Assembly: GCF_009914755.1 (NCBI RefSeq)
Contig: NC_060935.1
From: the human T2T-CHM13v2.0 reference genome, Homo sapiens
Reading direction: 5' to 3' (one strand)
Length of the DNA stretch: 64,000 nt
Part shown: in pieces, positions 1 through 14,985 of the stretch
Layout: every line of letters starts with the position of its first letter
Position numbering within the stretch: position 1 is the stretch's first letter
Translations under genes and position numbers: made by a program
Notes under the pieces: model-generated
Databases searched by the model: none
What the model saw: the letters and a program-made list of their open reading frames with translations, nothing else
Told to the model about the DNA's origin: nothing

Positions 1-44
1 CTTTTAAAAACTTTATTGGGAAAGAATTTGTTTTTAAAATGCAA

Positions 45-1345
45 AACTTTATTGAGGTATAGTTTGTATCCATTTTAGGTGCACAGTCTGATATGTTTTA
101 ACAAATGGAAGTACCTGTGTATCTACCACAAAAATCATGGTAAAAACTTTTCCAGTACCACGTATAATCTGCCGTGTCCCTTCTCATCAGTCCTACACTA
201 CCCTAAGCCCCAGATAACTACTGATCTGCCTTCTCTCACTATGGATTAGATTTGTCCTTTTTAGAGTTTCCTATGAATGGGATCATATAGTATATACTAT
301 CTTGTGTCTGACTTGTTATGTTTATCCTAATGTTTTTTATATTTATTTGTGCATTTGTGTGTATCAGTAATGCATTTGTCATTGAAAGGTAGTCTATTAT
401 ATAAATATGCCATAATCTATTACCTATTGCTTTCAGTTTGGGGATATTATTAATAAAGCTGCTACATAGATTCATTTGCAAATATTTGTTAGGCATATGA
501 TTTAAACTCTCGGGTAAACATTAAAAAATAGATTTGTCAAGTTGAATGATAAGTTCAATGACAAATATGTATTTAATATTTTAAAAAATTGGGTTTTCTC
601 CAAACTGGCTGTACCGTTTTATATATCTACCAGAAATGCATAAAAGTTCTTATTGATCCACATTCTCAATAATATTGACTTTAGGTTTCTAAATTTTGGC
701 CATTTGACTATGTGTGTGTAGTCTTATTATGTCTGAATTTATATTTCACTAACGGTTAATAATGTTGAGCAATTTTTCATCTTCCTGGTGCCCATTCAAA
801 TATCCTTCTTTGAGAAGCGTGTGTTCAGATCTTCTGCCCATTTCTCATTGGGTTGTTTTTAATTATTAAATTGTGGTATATCTTTACAATTTTTTATTCA
901 GTTCTTTATTAGATATATGCATTACAAATATTTACATCTAGTGTGTTTTTTGCCTACTCATTTACTTATTAATATCATTGGAAGAGCACAAATTTCTAAT
1001 TTTGATAAAGCCCAACTTTTGACTTATTTCTATGGTTCATGTTTTCTGTCCTCCTTAAGAAATCTATATCTACCTCAAGTTTATGAAAGTTTCTCTCCTA
1101 CTTTTTTGTCCTAGAAATATAATAGTATTAGCTTTTACATCTAGGTCAATAATCTCATTTAAGTTAATTTTTGTATATAAAGTGAAGTAATATTCAAAGT
1201 TTCGTTCTTACTTAGGGATAGACAGACTTTTAGGCATAATTTGTTGAAAGTATCACACTTTTTTCTTCAAAATGCCTTGGCACTTTGGCTAAAAGTCAAC
1301 AGACTGCTATGCGTAGGTCTCTTTCTGGACTCCATATTCTGTTCC
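45..1345 (-). mobile_element. Old LINE-1 (L1M-type) 3' end and ORF2 remnant, antisense
   Basis: Starts with T-rich 'tttattgaggtata...' and L1M 3'UTR-like text (ttgtcctttttagagtttcc, gggatcatatagtat), then degenerate ORF2-like antisense sequence. Boundaries approximate. Confidence 0.75.
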
Positions 1346-2619
1346 ACTCATCCACATATTATCTCCATCTTTAAACACACAGGTTTTATGCTTCTGTGCC
1401 TACTATGTGCACCATGTGCCTTCAATGTGCACCTTTATTTCCCAAATCCTCAAGCGGCCCTTTTATTATTTAAGTTAATCCTTTTGACACTTGATTTTCT
1501 TTTAATTTCCTTCTAGTATCCCCTCAATGCTATTAAGATCTAACCTATTAAAGGAGTTTAATAGCATCAGGGAACTGAAAGAGCAACAGTGGTGGCCCTT
1601 TCATCCTTTGCTATCTTTCATGACCATGCCATCAAGAAGGAGCTGCTTTTATAAATACTGTCTCTGGACTTCTTTGAATTTACAACCTTCTAGAAAGGTC
1701 TTTGAGTGTCATTGTGAGAAATAATACTGTAAGGAAGGTCCAATAACAGATTTGTATAAAACTCCTTAAGGTTTCCTTTCTTGGACTTCCTCGAGAAATG
1801 TAGGAGAGGTGGTGGTTACTTTTTCCTGATCTGACCTCTCTTCATGCTACTATTGAATAAGAGACATTTCCTTCTCCATGTTAGGAAACAGATGTTTAAC
1901 AGCCAGCACAAAACAAGGAATATAGTGACCAGTACTCTTGCTTACTTAACTGTGTAGGCTTCTGCATCTCCCAAGCTACACCTTCAACCAAATAATTTTA
2001 CCCGAAACTTCCACAGGCACTCGACCCAAACATTCCCAAAGTCAGACACTTTCATTCTACCCTAAGAACATATCCCTGTTACTTTCTCTATTTTGATAAG
2101 TTATATCACAATGGCCAAATCATATGAACTTCTCCATCAGCTTTGCCGCCTCACACAGTGGGCTCCTATTTGCTGTCCCTTTCCCCACTCCCAATTCCCT
2201 CTGCTGTTGTCTCAACTTGGACTTTGGTGTTTTTCTTTCTTGATATACAATCAAAAAAGCTCTTTAGTTGCTGCCCTAAAATTCACCTTCCTTCCGTCTG
2301 TCTTCCATGTTACCACAGGTTATGTCTCTAAATAAAAATGCTATCATATTACAGTATTTCAATAACTCTCCAGAACTTGCAAGATAAAAATCCTTCTTCC
2401 TAGTATTGTATACAAATTTTGTCATGATTTGTTTGATTTTTATGACTCATCAACTTAGGAACACTATACATCTTGTATATTGGGACTACAAACTTCTTAA
2501 CAGGAGGTCTATGCCTGTTTATTTTGTTTTGTACTAATTGTACATAGGACACGATAGCCACTCAGTGTATATTTATTTATTGAATGGATAAATAGGTAGA
2601 TTGAGCCAGGTTAAAATTA

Positions 2620-2870
2620 ACATACACTGGTGTTAAAACTGTATAGTATTTAACAAATACACACACATACACGTGAGTAAAACTAGAAAAATCTGAATAA
2701 GATTTGTGGATTATAATAATGTCAATATCCCAGTTGTGATATTGCACTACAATTTTGCTAACTGTTACCATTGGGGGAAACTGGGCAAGGTATAACAAGA
2801 ACTATCACTGTGTTATTTCTTACAACTTCATGCGATTCTAAAATTATTTCAACAACATTTTCAATTAAAT
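2620..2870 (+). mobile_element. L1M (L1MC/MD-like) 3' UTR fragment
   Basis: Contains 'gttaccattgggggaaactgggcaagg...gttatttcttacaacttcatg', typical of L1MC/MD 3' ends. Confidence 0.65.
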
Positions 2871-4676
2871 AAAGACTGACATTCTTCTTATATATGTTTA
2901 TCAATAATTTACTTTCAAAATGGTTGTGTGTGATACATATTGCCATAGTATTTTGAATCCTTTAGCATCTTTCCAAGTCAAAACTAATAATGAATCTCTC
3001 CTTGGGCATCCATTGCACTTACAACAATGTAACCTGGACAATGCAACATATTTTTCCCCCTTGCCAGACAATGACTTTGGTGAATGCAGAGACCTTGTCT
3101 ATTGTTTTTGCGTATCTACTGTTTAGCATGTGACTTAACACCCAATAAATATCCCATAACATTTTAGGTAATGGTAAGTTAGATATAACAGCGTGATGTT
3201 ACAGAGAAGTGTAAGAATCCAAGTGAATCCAATGACTAAGTAATTTTGGTTTATGTCTACCTCAGTTTTTTCCTTTGAGAAATGAGCTGAATTATATAAT
3301 TGGTCCATAGCAATCTGGTTTCTTGGTGTGAAAACCAAAAATTTACCTCTTATACTGATCATGGTTTATGTAGTTCATGCTTCATGTACTGTGTCATGGT
3401 TTATGTAGCTCATGCTTACCAAGTTAGTATGTTTTTCTTCTCAATATCACCGCACAGTTTACTTGGAGCAAGATATGGAAAGTTGGCACAAAGGAGCATT
3501 CTTGCTAAAGCATCTTTGAAATGCAGCTGCTGCAAATCTGAGGAGTTTGAGAAATGCTTTTCAGTTCTAGCAGCTGCCTTCTAGTTTTCTTTTACTCTTC
3601 ATGCTATGCTAGGCAGAGTTGGCATGACCAGGATACCTGTGGTATTTAAATTAAACATTTATTTTGAGAAAAATTTATTTACACTTTAAATATATGTATT
3701 TATTTGGATGACAGATTATAAGGTTCATGGTCTGAGCCTTACCTACCCAGAGAGTGTACAGAGTCCATTTCATATACTTTAAGTCAAACAAACGAATGTG
3801 ACTTGCAGACATAGTCTAATTACATGGGAAATATTATCTAGTACTTTATTCTAAATTAAGGGATACTCTTAACAGTTTTTGACTGCATATTTTTGTCTCT
3901 AAGATTATTTGATCATTTTTGTATATTTATTATTTATCCTCTGGTACTTATAAAAATAATTTTAAAATTGCTGAAAATGGAAACTTGCCATTGAGGATAA
4001 GAGATTGGCAGCTCCACAAATATGGAAGGAAAGTCTAGATAGTTGTCATCAGAGACCAATACAATGTGTACAGTGTATACAGTGCATAAATGGACAAATA
4101 TTTACTCTCAGAAATCTTTCAGGCCAAAGTAAGAAAAAAATATTAAAGAGTTATATGGTTTTTATTGGCCCATGAATGTGAATAAAGCCATTCTTCTTGA
4201 GAACCAAGCCTTTTTGTCTAGTATTTTCTAAAGTAAAAATTTTATCTTATGGATATTAAATTATGTAGTTATTTATGAATGCTATAATGAATTTTTCAAT
4301 ATAGAAAGTTTAAAACATGAAAAGATTTTTATAAGGCTTTGACTTAAATGACACAAAATAAACTGTAAGAACATTATACTGAATAACAATTCTGGAAAAT
4401 ATTTATATAAGAAAATAAATTACTTTTCTGATTACTTAATGGAACGTGAAAAGAATAGACTATTATCCTTTCTCTTAGATTATCACCGTGAAATGGCTGC
4501 TTTAACTAGGATTCTAACAAACACTCTGCAGAAAAAAATGAAAAATTAATTAACTGTCCAATTAAAAATTAAGACTGAATAATTGAAATGCTCCATTCAA
4601 GTATAATGCTTATGTTGAAGGTTTAATTTAATTACAAATAAAAAAAGAAAAGTTAGCCATATATGGCCTTTCTTAA

Positions 4677-5612
4677 CTATTCACCCTGAGCAAATACTGA
4701 CCCATTTTTCAGCTTCAACAGAGCTTTCTTTACCTCCTTGTTTCTCAGGGTGTACACAACAGGGTTGAAAAGAGGAGTCAGCGTGGTGTAGAAAACGGCC
4801 ACAACCCCATGCAAGGCGTCCCTGGAGCCTGGCCTCAGGTAAATGAAAAGACCAGGGCCAAAGAAGCAAAGGACCACGATACAGTGGGAGGCACAGGTCT
4901 GAAAGGCTCTGTGCCTCCCCTCTGAGGTGCGGATCCGCAGGATGGAACAGACGATGGACACATAGGACAGCACTATCAGGACAAAGCAGCCCGAGGCCAC
5001 TAGCCCAATATTCACAAAGATGACCATCTCGTTGGCTGAGGTGTCTGCACAGGCCAGTTTCAGGATGGGCGGTGCGTCACAGAAGTAGTGCTGGATCTGG
5101 TTGGGTCCACAGTAGGGCAAATGGAAAGTCAATATGGTCTGGACAGCAGAGTGCAGAGAGCCACTGAGCCAAGTGCCGGTGGCCAGGAGGGCACACGAGC
5201 GCCCAGTCATCATGTTGGTGTACCTGAGCGGGTAACTGATGGCCAGGTAGCGATCATAGGACATGACTGTGTAGAGGAAACACTCGGTGCTCCCCAGGAA
5301 GTGGAAAAAATAGAGCTGAGCCACGCAGCTGTGGAAGGAGATAGTCCTGCCGCTTGGGGACACCAAGGTCATCAGCATTTTGGGCACCGTGACAGTGGAG
5401 AACCACATGTCAATGAAGGACAGGTTGGTGAGGAAGTAGTACATGGGGGTGTGGAGGTGAGAATCCACCCTGATCACCAGCAGGATGAGGAGGTTCCCCA
5501 GCACAGTGAGCACGTAAACCACCAGGAAGATTCCAAAGAGGGGGGCGTCCAGCCCTGGGGCATGGGGAAGGCCCGTGAGGATGAACGCTGTCAGTAGGGT
5601 GGCGTTGGACAT
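4677..5612 (-). CDS. OR10G7: Olfactory receptor 10G7, intact 311-aa class II OR (single coding exon)
   Basis: Uninterrupted ORF with all OR motifs: N-terminal N-glycosylation site (NAT), GNLLI, LHTPMYYFL, MSYDRYLAISYPLRY, HYFCD, RAFQTCASH, FNPVVYTLRNKEVK. Matches OR10G7 as I recall it; paralogs OR10G4/8/9 are very similar. Confidence 0.93.
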   Translation of the reverse strand: MSNATLLTAFILTGLPHAPGLDAPLFGIFLVVYVLTVLGNLLILLVIRVDSHLHTPMYYFLTNLSFIDMWFSTVTVPKMLMTLVSPSGRTISFHSCVAQLYFFHFLGSTECFLYTVMSYDRYLAISYPLRYTNMMTGRSCALLATGTWLSGSLHSAVQTILTFHLPYCGPNQIQHYFCDAPPILKLACADTSANEMVIFVNIGLVASGCFVLIVLSYVSIVCSILRIRTSEGRHRAFQTCASHCIVVLCFFGPGLFIYLRPGSRDALHGVVAVFYTTLTPLFNPVVYTLRNKEVKKALLKLKNGSVFAQGE

Positions 5613-6001
5613 TTCTTCTCATATATGGGGCTCTGTTCTTACAGAAAGGAAGGGAGATAGCATTTACTGTGAGCATGTTTTATATGAAATATGGCAACTA
5701 TATTTTTCTGATTAAGAACAATAGGGTTAAATTATTTTTTATATTTTATAACTTCCTTTTGCTTCAGTATAGGTCTTTGAAGAGGAATAGCACTTTCTTA
5801 TTCCAGTACCAGAATAAGCCATATACAAAAGAGGAGGAAATTAACATAAAATCAGCCAAATTTTGAAAAGAAGAACAAATTTTGTATCCTATTTTCTGTA
5901 GAATTGGAAAAGATATACTCAAATTAACAACACTTAGGTGCTGGCAAGCTCTTTCCGGGGATAAGCCTTTATTCAAGCATCTCTCTCTGTTTTTCTCTCA
6001 A

Positions 6002-6079
6002 ACACACACATATATAGATACGCATGCACACACACATTCTCTCTGTGTCAACACACACACACACACTTTCACACATACA
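6002..6079. repeat. Imperfect (CA)n microsatellite
   Basis: Interrupted CA runs visible directly. Confidence 0.8.
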
Positions 6080-6270
6080 GGTTCAGTCTCTTTGATCATT
6101 AGAGAATTTCCATTACAAATACAAATTTCTAAAGCAAGCTTCATTCTGGATGGCTGGGAGAAAACTGCCTTCTCAGAGCTCTCTGGCCAGCTGCAGAACT
6201 AAGGCAGGATTCCAGCAGTGGTTTAGCATTATGTGGAGCCGGTCTTCTGTTCCTTTGTCTTACCCTAGAT

Positions 6271-6598
6271 CAGGGGTCCTCAAACTCCAGGTCAGGGACT
6301 GGTACCGGTCCATGGCCTGTTAGGAACCAGTCCGCACAGCAGGAAGAGAGCTGCCAGCAAGCGAGCATCACCACCTGAGCCCCGCTTCCTGTCACGTCAG
6401 CAGGGGCATTAGATTCTCGTAGGAGTGGGAACCCTATTGTGAACCGCACATGCGAGGAATCTAGGTTGTGTGGTCCTTATGAGAATCTAACTAAGATCCT
6501 CCCCCTCCCCACCCCAGGTCCCACCCTGGTCCATGTAAAAATTGTCTTCCATTAAACCAGAAACTGGTCCCTCGTGCCACAAACACTGGGGACCCCTG
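6271..6598. mobile_element. MER1 (MER1B-like) non-autonomous hAT-Charlie DNA transposon
   Basis: Terminal inverted repeats CAGGGGTCCTCA...TGGGGACCCCTG and a perfect 8-bp TSD CCCTAGAT at 6263-6270 and 6599-6606. Confidence 0.9.
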
Positions 6599-7490
6599 CC
6601 CTAGATCATACCTTCCTGGTCATATACAAAGTTTGACCCCAAGCTAATGCAATAATGAACAGTACCATCATTTTCTTTAGCTTCCCTTATTCTGTGTCTC
6701 TTTCTATTTATACATTTTGTATTATTTACTTCTCCAGAATTTTAGGCAATTAAGCCTTCTCTTTCTAAAGTATGATCAAATAATCTCACAACACATTTTG
6801 AGATAGCCAAGAAGAATGGAACCTGCTTGAGTAGTAAGAAAGACTAAACTTTCTCTGATGTTTGAGTTTCAGAATGGAATTAAAATAATAATATAGTTAT
6901 TACAAAAATACAAATGCCCTTCTAAAAATAAAAAAAGTCTTTTATTTCCATTATTTCTAGGATTTCTATTATTTCAAAGCTCAGACTCAAAGTTTTTCTT
7001 TTTTTCTTTAACGTGGACACAATGTCCCAGACATTATATTTTCAAGAGAAAATAAATTAAAATTTATGAAGAAATATAAGGAAACGTGGTTGAAGACCTG
7101 GACCTCTCTGATAGAAAAGAAGCATTTCATTATTAATTTCTAAAATGCTTCTGTCATAAATCAGCAATACATTTTTTGTGGGGGGGGCTCTGACAGAAGC
7201 AGACTTTTCCATCATGGAATTCAGCTGCAACTGAGTTGGAAACTCAGAGTTGCAATGCTAAGGTTTATAGAAAAAGCACTTCATTGATTTATGATTTCAC
7301 AAAATTTTTAGTCTTCTACAGAACCACAAAAAGTTGGCTCTGTAAGTCATGACTAAGATAATCTAGCTTCATTAGCCAAAGCTGACGAAAAATGAAGAGA
7401 AACAAAAGTATGACCATAAATACATCATAATCACCTCCCCTCAAAAAGTGTCTAATAACGAAAAATGCTGAAGTGTTGCCAATTTTTGCT

Positions 7491-8085
7491 ACTTACCAAT
7501 TTTACAACTAGGTTTTGGATCATGAAGCAAAATTCAATATTGAAAGAAAATGTCAGTTCTTGATAAGTGGTATAATTTTTCTTTTCTTGCAAAGATGAAA
7601 CCACAGAAGAAACTCTTTTTAAATAGAACTTAATATGAATTTGATGTCTTAGGAGACACTCCGTTAGCTCTACAGTCCTTATGAGTGAAGATAATGTGTT
7701 GACATCATGATAAACACTTGGAATTTTTTCCAAATGCATCTGCTAAAGTTGATTCTGCATTGGATGGCCATCATTCCATAAACCTTTTTATTTAGCCAAA
7801 AATCAACTTCCAAAATGAATAACTATGACACTCTGGATCTGAAAACTCCTTGTGCAGGGAATGATTTTTTTCCTATTTCTTTTTTAAATTTAATAATAGT
7901 AAATATGGGTTTTAGTTATAAAGGAGCTAATTATCTGAAGAGGTGCATAGTCTCTCTGATAAATCTTTAACTTTGTGGTGAGTCACAAAAAGAAGCTCCG
8001 GATTTTCTGTGCTCCAGGGATGATCAGAGTACTACTCCCTGTAGATAAACATCTTCCTAATTAAACTTCCTCCCTCTGGGGCTTG
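7491..8085 (-). promoter_or_regulatory. Candidate OR10G7 promoter and non-coding first exon
   Basis: Minus-strand donor TG|GTAAGT at 7491-7496, O/E(EBF)-like TCCCTGGAG (rc of 8012-8020), homeodomain CTAATTA sites near 7927 and 8057. Pyrimidine-tract acceptor lies just upstream of the ATG (~5633-5660). Motif-based inference only. Confidence 0.4.
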
Positions 8086-9269
8086 GCAGACTCTCACTGT
8101 GCAAGTTCCTGGCTGAGAATGGATGCTAGTTCAGAGATTTTCTGTTCTTCTCAGAGACTTTGCCTTTGTTCTTTCATATCTTCTAAACTTTAAAATGTAT
8201 TTAAATTTTCTGTGAAACTTTCTTTTATTTTTTAGCTTGAATTAATACAATTAAAGAGAATGAAGGTATGCTTTTCTTCCATAATTAATATATTTCTTAG
8301 CTATTAGGAAAAAGCTTTCATGAAAACAACAAGAAAAACTGGTCTAATGTAGATGCCCAAAGCACTGTTAGTTTTGGAGGACAATTGCAGTTTCATGAGC
8401 CTTTTGTGCTAATAGAAATGCTCTCATCTGCATATGGAAAATATAGTCCTATATGGAATGGAATTTGAAGAACTGAAGTCCCCTGAATTAATATTTTTTT
8501 CCAATTAAATTACCAAATTACCCATTTTTCTGACATTGGTTATCCATTTAGTATAAGGCATATTTAATCAATGTAAAATCACAATATTATTTTAGTAATT
8601 ACTTTCAATTTAGCTCCAATTATATTTTGAAATCTCTTTATCAAATATATGCTATCAATTTTTGTTAATTGAAACTTCTATCCAACTTTCTGTACTTATC
8701 TTTGTGAATACTATTAACTTGTGCTTTCAGTGTAACTTATCAATTTTCTTGGTATACAGTATACAGTTACATTATCTTTATAAAATGATACTTTTGTCTT
8801 TCTTTCCAAAAGTAAACATTTGTTATCTTTCTTTTCTGTCTTGCTGTATTGGTAGAAGACACTATTGTCACCCACCTAGCAATGGTTTAGGAATTACTTA
8901 GGTCTGTTGTGAGTGCTACACAACTTGTCTGTGCCTTTTTCCAGGAAGAGGAGTTCAATAGTAACATTTGCTGAGTTTTAATTTCTTTAAGAAAAAGAAA
9001 GGAATTATCCATCATTTTTGGCTGTTTCACTAAAACCCAGTGGGATTTTATGTGATAAACACGCCAGAACTTCTAAACATCATCAAGAATTCTGCATTGA
9101 TAGTTCTTTGCACATGGAAAAAGGCACAGCTGAATCCACCCACACAGTCTGGTGACTTGTTGATACTCTAACAAAGACTAGAGAAGCGTAGAAGTCCAGG
9201 CATTCCTGTTTACCAACCGTATTCATCACTGGGCCTCCTCTGCCACTGAGCCATTTCTCTGTTTTTTTC

Positions 9270-10680
<1,411 letters not shown>

Positions 10681-11049
10681 TTGTATTATTTATATATTTT
10701 AACTCAGAACTCTGTTCCTGAAAATCAGCAAAACTGTTGTGCTCTGCTTCAGACCCCTATCCATGCACCATGGCTCAGAATGTGCCTCCAAACAGAGTGC
10801 TCACCTCATTTGCTTTTCCTTTCTTGGGGATCACAGTCTTGTGCTACTTGTTGTTCAATGTCTGAAAATACCTGTTTTAATATATATTTTGGGGTCCAGT
10901 GTTCTATGTCTATATTGTGAGAGGAGAAATCTAATCCTTGTTATTGTATCACGGGCCAGAATTGAACATCTCCAAATTAACTATTTTTATTTTCATCATT
11001 TGCGTTGTGTTGTGAAATATAAAGTAAATAGATAAAACTTCGTACAGAC

Positions 11050-12340
11050 ACAGGCCAGATGTATTCTAAAGCAAACATTCATGTCTCCACCACCCAAATT
11101 AAAAAAGTAAGTATTGCCAGCAACCTTTGAGCCTTCACATCTCTTCCTGAAGTCAATCTCCTTCCATTCCGCTATCATGAGAATCTCAATTTCGTACTAA
11201 TTTTGAGGGTATCTTTAAACAATACAGTTAAATTTTGCCTTTTAAAAACTTATGTAAGTGGAATCATAGTTATATTTAATATAGAGTTTCTATACGGTTG
11301 GGCAAAAGTAATTACGGTTTTTGCTATTGCATTTAATGGCAAAAATCGCAATCACATTTGCTCTAATGTAATATTTAAAATTATGTTTTGAAGACATGTA
11401 CATATTGATATGTACAGCAATAAATTTATTCATTTAATTCATATGCATTGTTCCATTGTAAAATACACACTTGGTAGATACTTGGGTTTTCAAATTTTGG
11501 TTATAACAAAAATCCCGCCTTAAATACTCTTATACATTACCCTGGGCACATAAGCCTGAGTTTCTACATGGAAATGTTGATATTGTGAGGAAGATATCTT
11601 CCAGCTTATTTGAAAGTAATAAACCTTTTTTAAAAAGTAATTCTATAAATTTATATTCCCTTTAGAAATGTGTGAAAGTTCTTGCAATTGACAATTTTGA
11701 CATTTACTTTAGGCATAATTTTAATGCAATTTTAATTTGCATTTCCCTAACTCTTAAAGTGATAGAGTAGATTTTCTTTTGTTTATTGGCCAATTGTATT
11801 TCTTCTTTTATGAAGCCTGGCCAAGTAATTTACCTACATTTATTTATATTGGATTGCTTGATTTTAATATAAATTTTAGAAATTCTTTATATATTTTGAA
11901 TACCAGTCCTTGATAGTAATATTTGTTATAAGTAACATCTTTTTCACTTTTTATTTTTATTTTTTACTATTTTAATATTATTCTCAATATTAAAGTAACC
12001 AAAACGAATGATGTTTCTTTTATTTCTCTTAGTTTCTATACCTGCATCAGAAAGTTTTTCCCCAATTCAATTTGTAAAAGCCGTATTATTTGTTATAAAA
12101 ATTTGAGTTTATAATGGCCCTGGAATTGATTTTGTGTATAGTATGTGGTAAGAGATTAATCTGATTTGTTCCATGTTGATTCAGTTGTCCAAGCATAATT
12201 TATTGGAAAAATACATTTACCATAATCTTCCATGCCAGCTTTGACTTAAATCAAATATGCAAGGGGTGTGTTTTTATGCTGTCTATTCTATTCCATTTTT
12301 AAATTAATCTGGTCCTAAACCAACCTCACTTTTTTTAGTT
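11050..12340 (-). mobile_element. Very old L1 (L1ME-like) fragments
   Basis: Degenerate antisense L1 phrases (gtaagtggaatcata, ttaatttgcatttcccta, tggaattgattttgtgtatagt). Confidence 0.5.
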
Positions 12341-12769
12341 GCTATAAAGAAAAATAATAAATACAAATTTGTAAATATGTTTAGCTTTAAGAATAACCAA
12401 AAATGAAGATTAAAGATAGTTGGTTGAAAACTGCTTATGGTAAAAGCTTTAAAACTTTTAAGTAATTAAATAATAACACTGGTAAAGTTGGCTCTTGCAA
12501 GCACTGGTGCTAACAAAGTAAACAATTTAATAATAATCTTCAAAACCATAATATTCATTAATTTTATAGGATTTCTACTTAGGTTTACTTATCTTTAGTA
12601 AAGTCTCAAATATGGATAACTACATGGGTTAATAAGATTATCATAGTGCATTATACATGCACTTATGTCTACCTATTTTTCTAACAGTACTTTTTTATTT
12701 GGGAAAATATTAAAAAACTGTTAAAAAATTAAATATCCATAAAAATGAATATGTTTGAGTAAAGTGGCC

Positions 12770-13450
12770 ATAGGGAATGTAAGTTAACATTATGGAAAAC
12801 AGTGTGGGGATTTCTCTAAAAACTAAAAATAGAACTTTCATGCAGCCCAACAATTTCACTATTGGGTATTTATACAAAGGAAAGCAAGTCAGTATATCAA
12901 AGGTGCAGTACACATGCACCTCCATGGTATATATACACAATGGAATACTATTCAGCCACTAAAAAGAGTGAAATACTGTCATTTGCAGCAACATGGATGA
13001 ACCTGGAGGATGCTATGTTATGTGAAATAAGTCAGGCACAGATATATGAATACTGCATGTTCTCACTCATATGTGGGAGCTAAATTTTTTTTTTGAGCTC
13101 ATGAAAGTAAAGAGTAGAACTGTGGGTATTAGAGGCTGGAAAGAATAGATGGGGAAAATGGAAAGAGGTTGGTCAACGAATACACAATTACAGCTGAATA
13201 GGAGGAATTAGTTCTGGTGTTCTGGAGCACTGTAAGGTGAACATAGTTACCTATAATTTATTGTATATTTTGAAAAAGCCAGAAGAAAGATTTTTGGATG
13301 GTCACAACACAGAGACATGGTAAGTGTGTGGGGGATAGATACACTAAGTACTCTGAATTGATCATTGCACATTGTATACATGTATTGAAGTACCACTCTG
13401 TATCTCATAAATATGTACAATTTTTATGTGTCAACTAATAAAAGGAAAAC
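12770..13450 (+). mobile_element. L1MA-type 3' end, sense
   Basis: ORF2 C-terminal remnant ([24 protein letters not shown]) plus L1MA 3'UTR. Confidence 0.85.
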
Positions 13451-14114
13451 AAAAAAGATGGTTGTAATAATTGAGTAATATGGAAAATATTTTGATAAAA
13501 TTGTAAACCAAAAATAAACTAAACAAAAAGATGCAAAGCTACATATATAGCATAATTGGAACTAGTTAAAAATATTCCTTATCAGTATAAAAACATTGAT
13601 AATATTAAAACAGAGAAAGTGTGTGGGTTTTTTTGCCCCTTTGAATATTTACCAAGTAGTTTATAAACTTGTGATGCCACTTTCATAGTGAATATGTCAT
13701 GTCTTATGAAATAAAGAGGTAGGGAATAGAAAGGGCATGAGAAAAGAGAGGAAAGCCTCTAATTATTCCCTTTGCCCTTTCATGCTTTTAAAGCCTGGGG
13801 ATTAGGCCACTGGGAATATTGCCTGTAAGGAAACCAGGTCCATTTATACTTTCAAGTTTGAAAACTTATAAATTCAGAATTTCAGGTCCATTCTAATAGC
13901 AGGACTGAGTGTGGCATCTATGTGTCTTGTAATCCAGAGGAGAGGGTGCAATATCTTGGCTGTATGCCATGGCATCTTATGTAAAACAGAGTTTTGGCTT
14001 TAGGAACACATTCTTCTTGCCTGGAAACTTGAGAAAAATCTTGCTACCCGTATTCAAAGTGCTTCCCATCAGTTGGTATGTGCCTAAAACTTTGCCGCTT
14101 CTGTTTAAATACTT

Positions 14115-14300
14115 TTTAAGTTTTTAATTTTTGTGGGTACTTAGTAGGTGTACATATTTATGAGGTGAAGGAGATGTTTTGATACAAGCATTCAATAAGT
14201 CATAATCAGATCAGGGTAAATGGGGTATCCATCACCTCAAGCATTTATCATTTGTGTTACAAACAACCGAATTATACTCTTTTAGTTATTTTTAAATGTA
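14115..14300 (-). mobile_element. L1MA 3' end fragment, antisense
   Basis: 'tttttgtgggtacttagtaggtgtacatatttatg...gggtatccatcacctcaagcattta'. Confidence 0.75.
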
Positions 14301-14384
14301 CATCTCTTGTTCTACACATATTTCTCTCTTTCCTCTTCTCTTCTTCTTTCCTAGTTTTTCACAGTGTTAAATTTTTAAAATTCT

Positions 14385-14985
14385 TCCATTTATTTCAATA
14401 GTTTTGGGGGGTATATGTGGTCTTTGGTTACATGGATGAGTTCTTTAGCAGTGAATTCTGAGAGTTTAGTGCACCTGTCACCTGAGCAGTGTACACTACA
14501 CTCAATGTATTGTCTTTTATCTCTCTTCCCACGCCCAACTTCCTCCACCCTGAGTCCCTTACTGTCCATTGTATCAGTCTGTGTGTTTTTGCATCCTCAT
14601 AGCTTAGCTCCCACTTGTAAGTGAGAATATGTGGTATTTGGCTTTCCATTCCCGAGTGTCACTTAGAATACTGGTCTCCAGCTCCATCCAAGTTGCTGTA
14701 AAAGACATTATTTTATTCCTTTTTATGCCTGAGTAGTATTGCATGGTGTATACATGCCACATTTTCTTTATCCACTAGTCAGTCGATGGACACTTAGGCT
14801 GGTTCCATATTGCGAATTGTGCTGCTATAAACGTGCATATGCATGTGTCTTTTTCATATAACGACTGCTTTTTCTTTGGGTAGATACCCGATAGTGGGAT
14901 TCCTGAATCGAATGGTAGATCTACTTTTAGTTCCTTAAGGAATCTCCACACTGTTTTCCATAGTGGTTATCCTATTTAGATTTCC
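14385..14985 (-). mobile_element. L1PB 3' end, antisense
   Basis: 'ggttacatggatgagttctttag...gtgaattctgagag...gctcccacttgtaagtgagaat' is L1PB-type 3' UTR. Confidence 0.8.

Noticed and set aside
5088-5676. 169-aa antisense and alternate-frame ORFs over OR10G7
   Set aside because: Shadow ORFs of a GC3-rich coding sequence.
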